Part shown: piece by piece, positions 21,510 to 34,073 of the stretch
Numbering within the stretch: position 1 is the stretch's first letter
How the letters are laid out: every line of letters starts with the position of its first letter
Source: Chiloscyllium plagiosum
Lineage: Eukaryota
Direction: 5' to 3'
Length of the DNA: 64,000 nt
NCBI RefSeq assembly: GCF_004010195.1
Contig: NC_057755.1
Span: 3,398,962 to 3,462,961 of the forward strand
Notes under the pieces: generated by a model
Told to the model about the DNA's origin: nothing
The model's input: the letters and a program-made list of their open reading frames with translations, nothing else
Database searches by the model: none
Program-made: the position numbers and the translations under genes

Positions 21510-24500
21510 CCAGCGCAGTCCAGGCCCTCAATGTTGCACCGACCTGTGAAACCAATCTGAAGCCCATCTAACCTACACTATTCCATTCTCATCCATACGT
21601 TTATCCAATGACCATTCAAATGCCGTTCTAGTTGGCGAGCCAACTACAGTTGCAGGCAGTGCGTGACACACCTCTACTACTCCCTGAGTAAAGAAACTAC
21701 CCCGATATCTGTCCTGTATCTATCACTCCTCAATTTAAAGCTATGTCCTCTTGTGCTAGCCATCGCCATCCGAGAAAAAGGCTCTCACTACCCACCCTAT
21801 CTAACCCTCTGATTATCTTATATGTCTCTGTTAAGTCACCTCTTAACTTCCTTCTCTCTAACAAAAACAGCCTCAAGTCACTCAGCCTTTCATTATAAGA
21901 CCTTCCCTCCATACCAGGCAACATCCTGGTAAATCTCCTCTGAACCCTTTCCAGTGCTTCCACATCCTTCCTATAATGCAGCAACCAGAACTGTACATAA
22001 TACACCAAACGTGGCCGCACCAGAGTTTTGTACAGCTGCAGCATGACCTCATGGCTCCAAAACTCAACCCCTATACCAATAAAAGCTAACACACCATATG
22101 CCTTCTTAACAACCCTATCAACCTAGGTGGCAACTTTCAGTGGTCTGTGTATATGAACACCGAGATCTCTCTGCTCATCCACACTACCAAGAATCTTACC
22201 TTTCACCCAGTACTCTGTATTCCTGTTGCTCCTTCCAAAGGGAATCACCTCACACTTTTCCACATTAAACTCCATTTGCCACCTCTCAACCCAGCTCTGC
22301 AGCTTATCTATGTCCCTCTGAAACATCTTTCCACACTGTCCACAACTCCACCGACCTTAGTGTCATCCACAAATTTACTAATGCATCCTTCTACGCCCTC
22401 ATTCAGGTCATTTACAAAAATGACAAACAGCAGTTGCCCCAAAGCCGATCCTTGCGGTGCACCACCAGTAACCGAGCTCCAGGATGGATATTTCCCATCA
22501 GCCACCACCCTCTGTCTTCTTTTAGCTAGCCACTGTCTGATCCAAAACGCTAAATCACCCTCAATAGCCTACTGTGGGGAACCTTATCAAACACCTTACT
22601 GAAATCCATATACACCACATCAACAGCTTTACCCTCATCCACGTGTTTGGTCACCTTCTCAAAGAACTCAATAAGATTTGTGAGGCATAACCTACCCTTC
22701 ACAAAACCGGGTTGACTATCCCTAATCAAATTATTCCTTTCTCGATTATTAGAAATCCTATCTCTTACCATCCTTTGCAATACTTTACCCACAACTGAAG
22801 TAAGGCTCACTGCTCCATAATTACCAGGGTTGTCTCTACTCCCCTTCTTGCGAAGGGGACAACATTTGCGATCCTCCAGTCTTCTGGCACTATTCCTGTA
22901 GACTATGATGACATAAAGATCCAAGCCAAAGGCTCTGCAATCTCCTCCCTGGCTTCCCAGAGGATCCTCAGACAAATCCCATCTGGCCCAGGGGATTTCT
23001 CTATGTTCACACGTTCCAGAATTGCTAACACCTCCTGCTTGTGACCCTCCACCCTGTCGAGTCTAGGAGCCTGTATCTCAGTATTCTCCTCGACAACATG
23101 GTCATTTTCAGGTGTGAATACTGAAGAAAAATATTCATTTACCGCCTCTCCTATCTCCTCAGACTCCACGCTCAATTTCCCACTAATGTCATTGACTGGC
23201 CCTAATCTTGCTCTCGTCGTTCTTTTATTCCTGACACACCGATAGAAAGCTTTAAGATTTTCCTTGATCCTACCTGCCAAAGACTTCTCACGTCCCCTCT
23301 TGACTCTTCCTAGCTCTCCCTATTTAGGTCTTTCCTGGCTAACTTGTAACTCTCAAGCGCCCAAACTGAGCCTTCACGTCTCACCCTAATACAAGCCTTC
23401 TTCTTCCCCTTGACAAGAGATTCAACTTCTTTAGTAAACCACAGCTCCTGCACTCGAAAACTTCCCCACTGCCTGACAGGTACATACTTATCAAGGACAC
23501 GCAATAACTGTTCCTTGAACAAGCTCCATTTTTCAATTTTGCCCGTCTTCTACAATTTCCTTCCCCATCCTATGCATCCTGAATCTTGCCCAATCACATC
23601 ACAATTGCCTTTCCCCCAGCTATAACTCTTGCCCTGCAGTATATACCTATCTCTTTCCCTTGCTAAAGTATCCCTAACCGAATTGTGGTCACTATCACCA
23701 AAGTGCTCACCTACCTCCAAATCTGACACCTGGCTGGGTTCATTACCCAATACCAAATTCAACGTGGCCTCACCCCTTGGTGGCCTGTCTACATACTGTG
23801 TCAGAAAACCCTCCTGCACACATTGGACAAACACTGACCCATTTAAAGTACTCAAACTGTAGCGTTTCCAGTCAATATTTGGAAAGTTGAAGTCCCCCAT
23901 AACAACAACCCTGTTACTTTCCATAAGACCATAAGACATAGGAGTGGAAGTAAGGCCATTCAGCCCATCGAGTCCACTCCACCATTCAGTCATGGCTGAT
24001 GGACATTTCAAAGCCACTTATCCACACTCTCCCCGTATCCCTTAATTACTTGCAAGATTAAGAATTTATCAATCAAACTTTCGCTCCTATCCAGAATTAT
24101 TATTGCTATCCTTTCCTCTACATCTCTGGAACTATTCGGAGGGCTATAGAAAACTCCCATCAGGGTGACCTCTCCCTTCCTGTTTCTAACCTCAGCCCGA
24201 ACTACCTCAGTAGACGAGGCCTCATCGAACGTCCTTTCTGCCACCGTAATACTGCTCTTGACTAACAATGCCACGTCTTCCCCTCTTTTACCATCTTCTC
24301 TGTTCTTACTGAAAGATCTGAATCCCAGAATCTGCAACAACTATTCCTGTCCCTGCTCTATCCGTGTCTCTGAAATGGCCACAACATCGAAGTCCCAGAT
24401 ACCAACCCATGTTGCAAGTTCACTCACCTTATTCCGGATGCTCCTGGTGTTGAAGTAGACACACTTCAAATCACCTTCCTGCCTGCTGGTGAACTCTTGC

Positions 24501-25255
24501 AACCCTGACACCTCATTTCTGACCTCACTACTCTCAACCTCCTGGATACTGGAGCTACAATTCAGGTCTCCACCCCCCCTGCTGAATTAGTTTAATCCCT
24601 CCTGAAGAGCACGAGCAAACCTCCTCCCCAGAATATTGGGACCCCTATGGTTCAGGTGAAGACCATCCTGTTTGTAGAGGTCCCACCTATCTCAGAATGA
24701 GCCCCAATTACCCAGATATCCGAAACCCCCCTTCCTGCACCATCCCTGTAGGCATGTGTCCGACTCCTCTCTCTCTGTGTTCCTCGCCTCGCCAGCACAT
24801 GGCACGGGTAACAAGCCAGAGATAACAACTGTTTGTTTTAGCTCTAATCTTCCACCCTAGCTCCCTGAATTCCTGCCTTACATCCCCATCCCTTTTCCTG
24901 CGTATGTCGTTAGTGTCTATGTGCACCATGACTAGGGGGGCTGCTCCCCCACCCTGTCAAGGATCCCGAAAACATGATCCGAGACATCACGGATCCTGGC
25001 ACCTGGGAGGCAACACGCCAACCATGAGTGTCTCTCGTTCCCACAGAACCTCCCATCTGTCCTCCTCACTATGGAGTCCCCAGTGACGAATGCTCTGCTC
25101 CTCTCCCTCCTTCCCTTCTGAGCAACAGGGACGGACTCTGTGCCAGAGACCTGTACGCCCTGGCTTCCACCTGGTAAGTCGCACCCCCTGAACAGTATCC
25201 ACAAACGGTATACCGGGGGCGGGGGGACGGCCACAGGGGATCCCTGCACTCCCTG
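21510..25255 (-). mobile_element. Near full-length but disrupted CR1 LINE: ORF1 SGNH esterase domain plus ORF2 endonuclease and reverse transcriptase
   Basis: ORF1: GDSIVR, CCLPGARIRDV, VHIDTND. ORF2: VALLVK, GVFYSPPNS, MGDFNFPNIDW, SDHN, KSPGPDG, YMDFSKVFDKVPH, PQGSALG, KFVDDTK, LVRPRL.YYVQFW. Split across many frameshifted ORFs. Confidence 0.96.
23922..24076 (-). mobile_element. Short CR1 3' end of another subfamily nested in the endonuclease domain, with 6-bp TSD ACTTTC
   Basis: actttc at 23916-23921 and 24077-24082; removing the insert restores ...ILDRSESNRVVVMGDFN. Confidence 0.85.
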
Positions 25256-25624
25256 TCCACAATCCACAATCAAAATTTAAACAAAAAAGACCCGATCTGT
25301 ACAACAGAATTCCATCGGCTCACAATCCTTTGAGTGATGACATTTCTCCTCATCACAGTCCTAAATGATCAGCCCTCTCTCTCTATCCTCTCTCTGCCAT
25401 ATTTTAGATTCCTTGATCAGCAGAAATTCTCTGTCAGTGTCTACCTGACCTCAGTATGTCTCCCTGAGGTCTAACCCTCCCCCCCCTCCATCCCCACCTA
25501 GAGAATTCACTCAGCATCATGTCACAGGCTGAAATTGGATTGGCCTGCTCAGCTCTCCAACCATGGTACAGAGATTGCTGCTCAGTGACCAGCAGCCATC
25601 CCCCTTTGCTCCCAGGGTTGGGCT

Positions 25625-25822
25625 GAACGCCTCATCTTCAGCCTCAGAACACTTCAACCCCAGGGCATCAATGTGGACTTCACCAGTTTCCTCATTTTAT
25701 CTCTCCACCCTGGAGGCTTCCTGCCTCTATTCCTGATGAAGGGCTTTTGCCTGAAACATCAATTTTCCTGCTCCTCAGACGCTGCCTGACCTGCTGTGCT
25801 TTTCCAGCACCACTCTAATCCG
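25625..25822 (+). mobile_element. Penelope-like 3' fragment with degenerate hammerhead
   Basis: ERLIFSLRTLQPQGINVDFTSF GIY-YIG end followed by cctgatgaagggcttttgcctgaaacatc. Confidence 0.75.
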
Positions 25823-26447
25823 TACTTTTCCATTGGACTGGGGCCAGAGGCTGCATTACTTTCCTGGAGTGATGGCGTTAAGGCAGTCAGGATCTCTGGA
25901 AGCTGGAAAGGAATTCAGACAAGTCCAGCCTCCTGAGTTGGGTGACAGGACGCCAGGTGCGTCCACCCCCTGAGAAGCTAAACCGTTTGCCCTTGGATTA
26001 TTCAGGAGGGAGAACATCCTCGGGTTATAATTTCACACCAAATTTAAAAAAAAAAGGGGGAATGATCCTTGGAGGATTGAGCATGTGGAAGACAGAAGGG
26101 AAGTGGGAGCATTCTCATCCTCTGGACTTGCTTCACTGCTCCTGCTTTTGTATTTAATGCTCATGATTGGTTCAGTGCTCCTGTTTCTTTCAAAGAGAGG
26201 AGTTAAAGCAGGAAATCCAGGGCCGGAGTGATGTCCTGAACTCATTTTGATCTCCACTCCTTAATTAAGCAACCTTTTTTTAAAAAGAATTCTGGTTATT
26301 TTCACCTTTACCCAGCAGACCTCGTGGTTTTGACGAGCCAGAGATTGTCTGCAGCGGAATATTGTGTGGGATAAACTGGATGAGCTGGAGAATCCTTACT
26401 CATTGCTGAGAAGTGGGTGGGGAGTGTAGACCCATCCATGTGGTAAA

Positions 26448-26603
26448 AGTGAGGACTGCAGATGCTGGAATCCAGCGTGATGCTGGAAAAGCACAGCAGA
26501 CCAGGCAGCATCCGAGGAGCAGGAAAATCGATGTTTGGGGCAAAAACTCTTCATCCTCGGATGCTGCCTGATCTGCGGTGCTTTTCCAGCACCACTCTGA
26601 TCT
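26448..26603. mobile_element. Fold-back pair of Penelope termini
   Basis: tgctggaaaagcacagcagaccaggcagcatccgagga followed by its near reverse complement tcctcggatgctgcctgatctgcggtgcttttccagca. Confidence 0.8.
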
Positions 26604-27164
26604 AGACCCATGCATGTGCCTGCCATATGATTTAGGTTATTGGCTGCATTCATACATTCCATTGTCTCTTCCACTGCATCCTCCCTCCCAGAATACATTT
26701 CAGGCTTGGTCGACAGAGATGACTGATCCATTCAGGGCATTGACCACCGAGGGCATCCCAGGCGGCTTTAATGGGTAGGGAACGTGAAAAGGGGAGAGCA
26801 GGGACTGTTGACAGGTAATTTGCCTTTTCTTCTTGTTGGGATGCCAAGTAAAAGGCGAAACAACATTTGCAGGACACCGACAGGATTGAGAGAAAGCAAG
26901 GCATTGCAGGGAAGCAGATGAGACAGGCAATGAGATGCTTTCAGGAACCTAGCAGAATGGGGATGGTGAGAGTTAAGAGACTGCGTGGCAATGCATGCTA
27001 ACAGCATGGACTTCACCGAAGGTACATGGGAGAAGGAGGGTTGATCAGAGAACAGTGCGGAGTGAGACGGTGTGGGGAGGGTGGCCTGCAACAGTTTGAA
27101 TTGCTGCTGTCCTATGTTTATTTTTACACCGGTCATCGCCAGCATCCTTCGGTGTCTTGGTGAG

Positions 27165-28048
27165 AGTAAGGAACTGCAGATGCTGGAGGTCAGAGTCGAG
27201 AGTGTGGTGCTGGGAAAGCACAGCCGGTCAGGCAGCATCCGAGGAGCAGGAGAATCGACGTTTCGGGAATAAGCTCTTCATCAGGAATGAGGCTTGTGGG
27301 CCGAGGAGAGGGGACTGAGAGATAAATGGGAGGGGTGGGGTGGAGCTGGGGGTAGGGTAGCTGGGAATGTGAGAGGTGGATGAAGGTGGGGGAGAAGGTG
27401 ATGGGTCAGAGAGGAGGGTAGAGCGGATAGATGGGGAGGAAGATGGACAGGTCAGGAGGGCGGTGCCGAGTTGGAGGGATGGGACTGGGATAAGGTGGGA
27501 GCACAGAAATGAGGAAACTGGTGAAATCCACATTGATCCCGTGTGGTTGGAGGGTCCCAAGTGGGAAGATGAGGGGTTCTTCCTCCAGGCGTCAGAGGGG
27601 GAGTTTAAGTGTTCAGGCATGTCCCCGAGATGTTCTCTGAAACGATCTGCAGGTTGGCGTCCTGTCTCCCTGATGTAGAGGATCTGCCAGAATCTACTTC
27701 CAGCCCACAGACTCCCACAGCTATGTGGACAACACCTCCTCCCACCCTGCCTCCTGCAAAAATGCTCTCCCATATTCCCAGTTCCTCCGCCTCTGCCGTA
27801 TCTGCTCCCAGGAGAACCAATTCCACCACAGAATACACCAGATGGCCTCCTTCTGAGACCACAATTTCCCCTCCCACATGGTCAATAATGCCCTCCAGTG
27901 CATCTCCTCCACTTCCCGCACCTCCAACCTCACACTCCACCCCTCCCAACGCATAAGGACAGACCCCCTCCCCCTCCCGGGTCCTCACCTTCCACCCCAC
28001 CAACCTCCATATACATCACATCATCCTGAGCCAGTTCCACCACCTACA
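27165..28048. mobile_element. Penelope-like element with internal inversion (3' part on minus 27165-27685; upstream RT-thumb part on plus 27690-28048)
   Basis: Minus: ILYIRETGRQPADRFREHL (GIY-YIG). Plus: YFQPTDSHSYVDNTSSHPASCKNALPYSQFLRLCRICS. Confidence 0.82.
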
Positions 28049-28077
28049 AATGGTCGCTGGCCCCAGAGATAAATTTC

Positions 28078-28577
28078 NNNNNNNNNNNNNNNNNNNNNNN
28101 NNNNNNNNNNNNNNNNNNNNNNNNNNNNNNNNNNNNNNNNNNNNNNNNNNNNNNNNNNNNNNNNNNNNNNNNNNNNNNNNNNNNNNNNNNNNNNNNNNNN
28201 NNNNNNNNNNNNNNNNNNNNNNNNNNNNNNNNNNNNNNNNNNNNNNNNNNNNNNNNNNNNNNNNNNNNNNNNNNNNNNNNNNNNNNNNNNNNNNNNNNNN
28301 NNNNNNNNNNNNNNNNNNNNNNNNNNNNNNNNNNNNNNNNNNNNNNNNNNNNNNNNNNNNNNNNNNNNNNNNNNNNNNNNNNNNNNNNNNNNNNNNNNNN
28401 NNNNNNNNNNNNNNNNNNNNNNNNNNNNNNNNNNNNNNNNNNNNNNNNNNNNNNNNNNNNNNNNNNNNNNNNNNNNNNNNNNNNNNNNNNNNNNNNNNNN
28501 NNNNNNNNNNNNNNNNNNNNNNNNNNNNNNNNNNNNNNNNNNNNNNNNNNNNNNNNNNNNNNNNNNNNNNNNNNNNN
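28078..28577. other. Assembly gap (500 N, fixed-size scaffolding spacer)
   Basis: Run of N. Confidence 0.99.
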
Positions 28578-31272
28578 TGTGCGATGGTGTGGGTGTGTTT
28601 CGGTGTCCCTCAAGATCTGATTATATTTCTGTTTCATCATGACTCTAACTCTCCTGAAAATAGATGAGTGAAGCCGACAGCAGGTCACTGTGCACAGATT
28701 GCTCTCAATGGAGAGCATGTGGGAACGTAGGAAAAATACAAACATCAGTATTGCGACCTCGTAACCATTGAATTCTGAACTGTTACTTCAGAAAAAAGAT
28801 CTATTGTCTGACAGACTAAACAAAACAAGGTAATATTGAGTGACAACTAAGGCTTTAGGAAGCTCAGAGGAAGAGTGGGATCTTGTGATGCTTGTCTACA
28901 GATCCTGGAAGGTGTTAGGACAGATTAATAGAATAGGTAAGATGGCTCATATGACATCCAATAACTTGATCAATCATGGTGTAGAATGTCGGGGCACGGA
29001 GATCTTCTTGGTGTTTTGTGGGACTTGGGTGACGATCCAGCTGAAGTACTGTGCGCAGTTCTGGACAATACATGAAAGGAAATTATGCACTCAGATAAAC
29101 ACAGCAATCCTGAAAACGCTGGTGAGAGGTGGAAAGTGTGACAGAGTTTAATATGGGAACAGGTCAAACAGGTGAAACTGAAAGTGATCTCTCGGATTAT
29201 CAAAGGATGGAACCAAAAATGGTTCCCTCCAAAAATGACGTCACCATTCAGCCCACTCAGGATCAGGCTGCTATCCCTGATTGACTGACCGATTCACATA
29301 GATAATGAGCAGTAGCAGGCCATTCAGCCTTTCGAGTCTGGTCCTCCTGCCACTCCAGAAGACATCGGCTTATCCAACATCAAATCCGCAATCCCATACG
29401 TACTTAAGCACCACGCACACTCCACACCCCCAAAAAAAACTTCAACAAGAATCTACCTGCTCCTTCAACAATATTGAAGGACACGACAAACGGAAATCAG
29501 GTAAGGGAGCAAGAGGTGACTGTTAGGGGCAGGGTAGGAGGGAAAGAGGCTGCAGGAGTGATTACAATGACAGACAGGCTATGAGTGATGGGTTCAGCTG
29601 GAACATTCAGTCATCACCGGCTGCCCTGTGGATGAGTATAAAAGACCGGCCGGAAGGGTCTCTGCATTTCCCCTGCAGGGAAGGAGGAGGAAGGACAGAA
29701 ACAGGCCCTCATGCACCATGATGGTTGTCAGACTCTCTCTGTTCAGCTCACAATAATACTTTATTACAACAAGAGAAAGGCTCCGGGTGCTGGTGATCCT
29801 CTCGGCTGAGTTGGTTAATATTTCGTGAATTTTTACTTATTTTTGAGAGACATACTGCAGTCTGATTGTATTCATCTGTGTTTGTGTGTGTGTGTGAGTG
29901 TGAGGGTTTGTTTCTCTGCCCCTCAGGATCTGGTTATAGTTCTGTATGGAGTTGATATCCCATATCTCCGGTTGACTCTGTTTCTGTATGTGTTTGTGTG
30001 TTTGGAGTGGAGGATGGGATGTGTTACTGCTTCTGCTTATCGGTATGTTGCTAAGTCTTAACTTGACTGTATTTGTGCATGCGGGTGTATTTCAGTATCT
30101 GTGTGTATGTTTGTGCGATGTTGTGGGTGTGTTTCGGTGCCCCTCAAGATCTGGTTATATTTCTGTTTCATCATGACTCTCACTCTCCTGAAAATAGATG
30201 AAGCCGACAGCAGGTCACTGTGCACAGATTGCTCTCAATGGAGAACATGTGGGAACGTAGGAAAAATACAAACATCAGTATTGCGACCTCGTCACCATTG
30301 AATCCTGAACTGTTACTTCAGAAAAAGATCTATTGTCTGACTAACTAAACAAGACATGGTAAAATTGAGTGACAACTAAGGCTTTAGGAAGCTCAGAGGA
30401 AGAGTGGGATGTTGTGATGCTTGTCTACAGATCCTGGAAGGTGGGAAGACAGATTAATAGAATAGTTAAGAGGGCACATGTGACATCCAATTCCTTGATC
30501 GGTCATAGTGTAGAATATCGGGGCACGGAGATCTTCTTGGAGTTTTGTGGGACTTGGGTGAGGATCCAGCTGAAGTACTGTGCGCAGTTCTGGACAATAC
30601 ATGAAAGGAAATTATGCACTCAGATAAACACAGCAATGGTTCCCTCCAAAAATGACTTCACCATTCAGCCCACTCAGTAACAGGCTGCGATCCCTGATTT
30701 ACTGACCGATTCACATAGATAATGAGCAGTAGCAGGCCATTCAGCCCTTCGAGTTTGGTCCTCCTGCCACTCCAGAAGACATTGGCTTATCCAACATCAA
30801 ATCCGCAATCCCATACGTACGTAAGCACCACGCACACTCCACCTCCCCAAAAACAATCTTCAACAAGAATCTATCTACCTGCTCCTTCAACAATATTGAA
30901 GGACACGACAAACGGAAATCAGGTAAGGGAGCAAGAGGTGACTGTTAGGGGCCGAATAGGAAAGAAAGAGGCTGCAGGAGTGATTACAATGACAGACAGG
31001 CTGTGAGTGATGGGTTCAGCTGGAACGTTCAGATATCACCGGCTGCCCTGTGGATGAGTGTTAAAGACCGGCCAGAATGGTCTCTGCATTTCCCCTCCAG
31101 GGGGAGGAGAAGGAAGGACAGAAACATGCCCTCATGCACCATGATGGTTGTCAGAGTCTTTCTGTTCAGCTCACAATAACACTTTATTTCAGCAAGAGAA
31201 AGGCTCCGGGTGTTGGTGATCATCTCGGCTGAGTTGGTTATTATTTCGTGAATTTTTACTTATTTTTGAGAG
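28578..31272 (+). repeat. Tandem segmental duplication: 28578-29849 and 30112-31272 (period ~1.5 kb), containing a decayed CR1 piece
   Basis: Colinear near-identity from tgtgcgatg..gtgggtgtgtttcggtg to gtgaatttttacttatttttgagag. Paired ORFs MTTKALGSSEEEWD and MSSSRPFS. Copy 2 lacks ~110 bp found at 29109-29220. Confidence 0.95.
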
Positions 31273-32115
31273 AGTTTCTTGAGCCCACCTCCTGGCTAAT
31301 CCCATCCAAGGATATTGCCATCTCTCTATTTATCTGCCTCTTTCTGTGTGCCTTTGTCTCTATCCATCACTCCCACTCTTTCTCCATCTCTGTATCTTTC
31401 TCTCTCCTTCTCTTTGAAATTCTTGCTGTCTCACTCGCGCTCTCTCTCTTAATCTGTTCCTCTCTCATTCCCTTGGTCTGTGACTGTCTTTCTCTCGTTC
31501 TCCTCTATCTCTGTCTCTTTACCGCTCTCTCTGTCGATCTCATTCTTTGTCTCTCTCTCTCTCTCTCTGCCTCTTTTTCTCTCATTGACGATGTCAGACA
31601 TTTGTTTTCTCAGTTTCTTCTATGTTCACGTTCATGAGTTCAAGTGCATTCCCGGTCCCTTCATTCACTACTTTTAACCCAGAACGTAATTTTTCAAAAC
31701 ACAGAAGATATGGACACTGCCAGCAAAACCTTGATACAAAACTCGAATTGTATATGTGTAGGTGTGTTAATATTCTGCAGTACCATTGTATTCTTCGGTG
31801 TGTGTGTGGGTGTGGGTGTGTTTCTGTGTTACTATATTGCCATATCTGTGTGTTTGTGTGTGTATGTGTATTTGGAAGGAGGGGAGGCAGTTTGGGGATG
31901 TGTTTGTGTCGGCGTAGCTTGGGTGTGTGGATGGGTTTGATGCGTTCCTGTTTCTTAGTATATTTCTATGTCTCAGTCTGATTATAATTTTGCGTGGGGG
32001 TGTGTTTCTGTGTCTGTGTGTTCCCATATCTCAGTTTGTCAGTTTGTGTGTGCTTGCATGCAAGTGTGGGTGTTGGGGGTGGCGGGTTTCTGTGTGTGTG
32101 TGTGTGTGTTTGTAT

Positions 32116-32737
32116 TGTTATGAACTACGCCAGACCACTCAAAAGATTCTTAAGCAGGCAACCCAGACCATAACTTGGGGATTTGTTTCGGTAAGTGCAG
32201 AATGAAAATTATCTGTAACTTAGCGAGGTTGACTACCAGGTTTTAAAACAGATAAAGGTGTATTCACAAAATTCACAATGAAACACAAAGAACAGAATTA
32301 AAAAAAAAACTCTACTGAAATCATCTCTCCAAACAAGACTTAATTATGCTGTTCTGAAAACTCACAACGGTCCCAATAAGCAACCCCACTTTTAAAAAAG
32401 TAAGAAATGGAATAAATGTTTACAGGTTGAAGTTAGAAGGCAGAAGGAGAGAGTGAGGTTCCACAGAGCTGGACCACTTCCTCCTCAGCTCAGCTCGAGA
32501 GCTGACCACTCCCCTTTCATTATGTAGGTCACTTCTAATACATGACCACTTTGGCCTGAAGTCTCAATTGATTACATATAAACAAAAGGCCTCGCAATTC
32601 CCTTTAATCTCTGTACCAAACCTGTCTATTTGAAACCGGGCGAGTTTTATGACCCATGTGGGGAAAAAAAAATCAAGGGCACAGTATCCTTGAGAAAAGG
32701 AAAAGCTTTGAGAATAAAAAGGACCAGTTTTGTGATG
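32116..32737. mobile_element. Possible solo LTR-like interspersed repeat; second partial copy at 33400-33555
   Basis: Starts TGTTATGAAC and ends ttttgtgatg (imperfect TG..CA-type inverted ends). It interrupts GT-rich sequence, and its first ~155 bp recur at 33400. No TSD seen. Confidence 0.45.
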
Positions 32738-33556
32738 TTGTGAGGTTGCGTGTGTGTGGTTTGGGAGTGGGAGTGTAGTTGGATGTGTATGTGTGTGCAC
32801 AAGCATTTGGGATTGTTGCTGTTTGTTGGTATGCTCCTGAATCTCAGTGTTTGGCGAGATGATTTCTGTAGGGGTTCCTTATTCTGTTCTCTGTATTCCA
32901 TTGTGTAACTGACAGCATTTCTGTGTTTAGGTGTGTTTCTGTGTCTTTCAGGGTGTGGTTATGTCTCTGTCTCACAATGACACTTTGTCTCCTGAAAATG
33001 GCCGACAGAACCAGACGGCAGATCACGGTGCACAGATTGCCTTCAATGAATTATTGTATGTAAACCTGGAAAAGAGCTAAGTATCAGTATCTCTTCCACA
33101 GAAAACCTGAACGGTGAACTGTTATTTCAATTGGAAGACCTAAAACAAACTAACTAAGCACGACAAGGGAACATTCAATGAAAACCAGGGCACTAGGAAG
33201 CTCAGAGGAACAGTGGGATTTTGGGATACATGTCCACAGATTCGTGAATATGGCATTTCATGTTAGCAGAGTAGTTCAGAAGACACACGGGACACATGCC
33301 TATATCAGGCTTGGTGCAGGTTATATGAAGCCATCTTGGAGCTTTTCCAGGACTTTGGTGAGGATACAACTGAGGTACTGTGTTCAGTTCTCGTCAACAT
33401 TATGAACTACGCCAGATCACTCAAAACATTCTTAAGCAGGCAACCCAGATCATAACTTGGGAATTTGTTTCGGTAAGTGCACAGTGAAAATTATCTGTAA
33501 CTTAGCGAGGTTGTCTACCAGGTTTTAAAACAGATAAAGATGTATTCACAAAATTA

Positions 33557-33851
33557 GGGTAGCTCAGTGGTTAGCACTAGGGTTCCAGGTTCGATTTCAG
33601 CCTCGGTCACTGTCTGCGTGGAGTTTGCACATTCTCCCCGTGTCTGTGTGGGTTTCCTCCGGGTGGTCTGGTTTCCTCCCACAGTCACAAAGATGTGCAT
33701 TCCAGGTGAATTTGCCATGCTGAATTGCCCAACGTGTTTGGTGCATTAGTCAGTGTGAAATGGGTCTGGGTGGGTTACACTTCGGAGGGTCAGTGTGGAC
33801 TAGTTGGGCCGAAGGGTCTGTTTCCACACGGTAAATCTAATCTAATCTAAA
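33557..33851 (+). mobile_element. HE1-type SINE
   Basis: tagctcagtggttagc, ggttcgatt, central domain, (aatct)n tail. Confidence 0.9.
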
Positions 33852-34073
33852 TGGTGTTTCCATTACGTGATTTTCTTATAACATTGCAGAGGAACAGAAC
33901 TGTCACATTCTTACAGAACAGATTGTATTTAGTCTCCTTTTCAAAAACCTCAAGTCAGTCAGGCAGGATCACCCTCCAACAAATGTATGCTGTCGCTCCC
34001 TGATTAATCCTTTCCTTTACAATTAATCCTGCCCTTCAGAACCTTTTCCAATAATTTTCCCACCACTGGCGTC

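Noticed and set aside
26124..26231. Hydrophobic stretch GLASLLLLLYLMLMIGSVLLFLSK as candidate TM4 exon
   Set aside because: No pyrimidine tract or phase-0 acceptor, and it lacks the Cys-containing end typical of MS4A TM4.
28044..28745. Long ORFs of 181-233 aa here and at 52012-52582
   Set aside because: Artefacts of translating through N gaps.
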